NCBI GenBank assembly: GCA_040081625.1
Contig: JBEBGD010000014.1
Location: forward strand, 13,051-77,050
Reading direction: 5' to 3'
DNA: 64,000 nucleotides
From: Chthoniobacteraceae bacterium
GTDB taxonomy: Bacteria; Verrucomicrobiota; Verrucomicrobiia; Chthoniobacterales; Chthoniobacteraceae
Below: more model-generated notes on this DNA
Databases searched by the model: none
What the model was told of the DNA's origin: nothing
The model's input: only the letters and a program-made list of their open reading frames with translations
The DNA itself: not shown here
How positions within the stretch are numbered: position 1 is the stretch's first letter

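Noticed and set aside
9667..62823. Many long + strand ORFs (e.g. 35266-40491, 31411-34779, 9667-12921, 14842-17964, 50552-53098)
   Set aside because: Antisense shadows of a high-GC, codon-biased gene. Their products are Arg/Ala-rich or Pro/Ser/Val-rich with no motifs.
63988..63990. GTG called as the start of the giant ORF
   Set aside because: The frame stays open to the window edge and the sequence begins mid-repeat with no signal peptide, so the true start is upstream.
10051..63990. RGD tripeptides as integrin-binding sites; NRPS/PKS identity of the giant gene
   Set aside because: A handful of RGDs is expected by chance in 18,000 Gly/Asp-rich residues. I saw no adenylation, condensation, KS or carrier-protein motifs.

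Overview
GC-rich bacterial window. The integrase type, REP-like palindromes and gene content suggest Verrucomicrobiota or another PVC lineage, but this is inference. Left ~10 kb: the edge of an integrative element (tyrosine integrase directly downstream of tRNA-Glu(TTC)); a minus-strand cluster (AsmA-like protein, rsmD, waaA, tRNA); a divergent diacylglycerol-kinase-family gene; a possible 29-aa membrane peptide; and two secreted enzymes (a CehA/McbA-like PHP metallohydrolase and an FG-GAP beta-propeller resembling aldos-2-ulose dehydratase). The remaining ~54 kb (84% of the window) is one uninterrupted minus-strand ORF of at least 17,979 aa that is still open at the right edge. It encodes a giant, apparently Cys-free, RTX-repeat-containing extracellular protein. 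Its parts are ~20 beta-meander repeats, a split 7-blade FG-GAP propeller, Ig/PKD/Calx-like/PPC domains and dozens of modules resembling phage or flagellar structural domains, often inserted inside one another. Domain names come from motif recognition by eye, not database searches, and internal boundaries are approximate.
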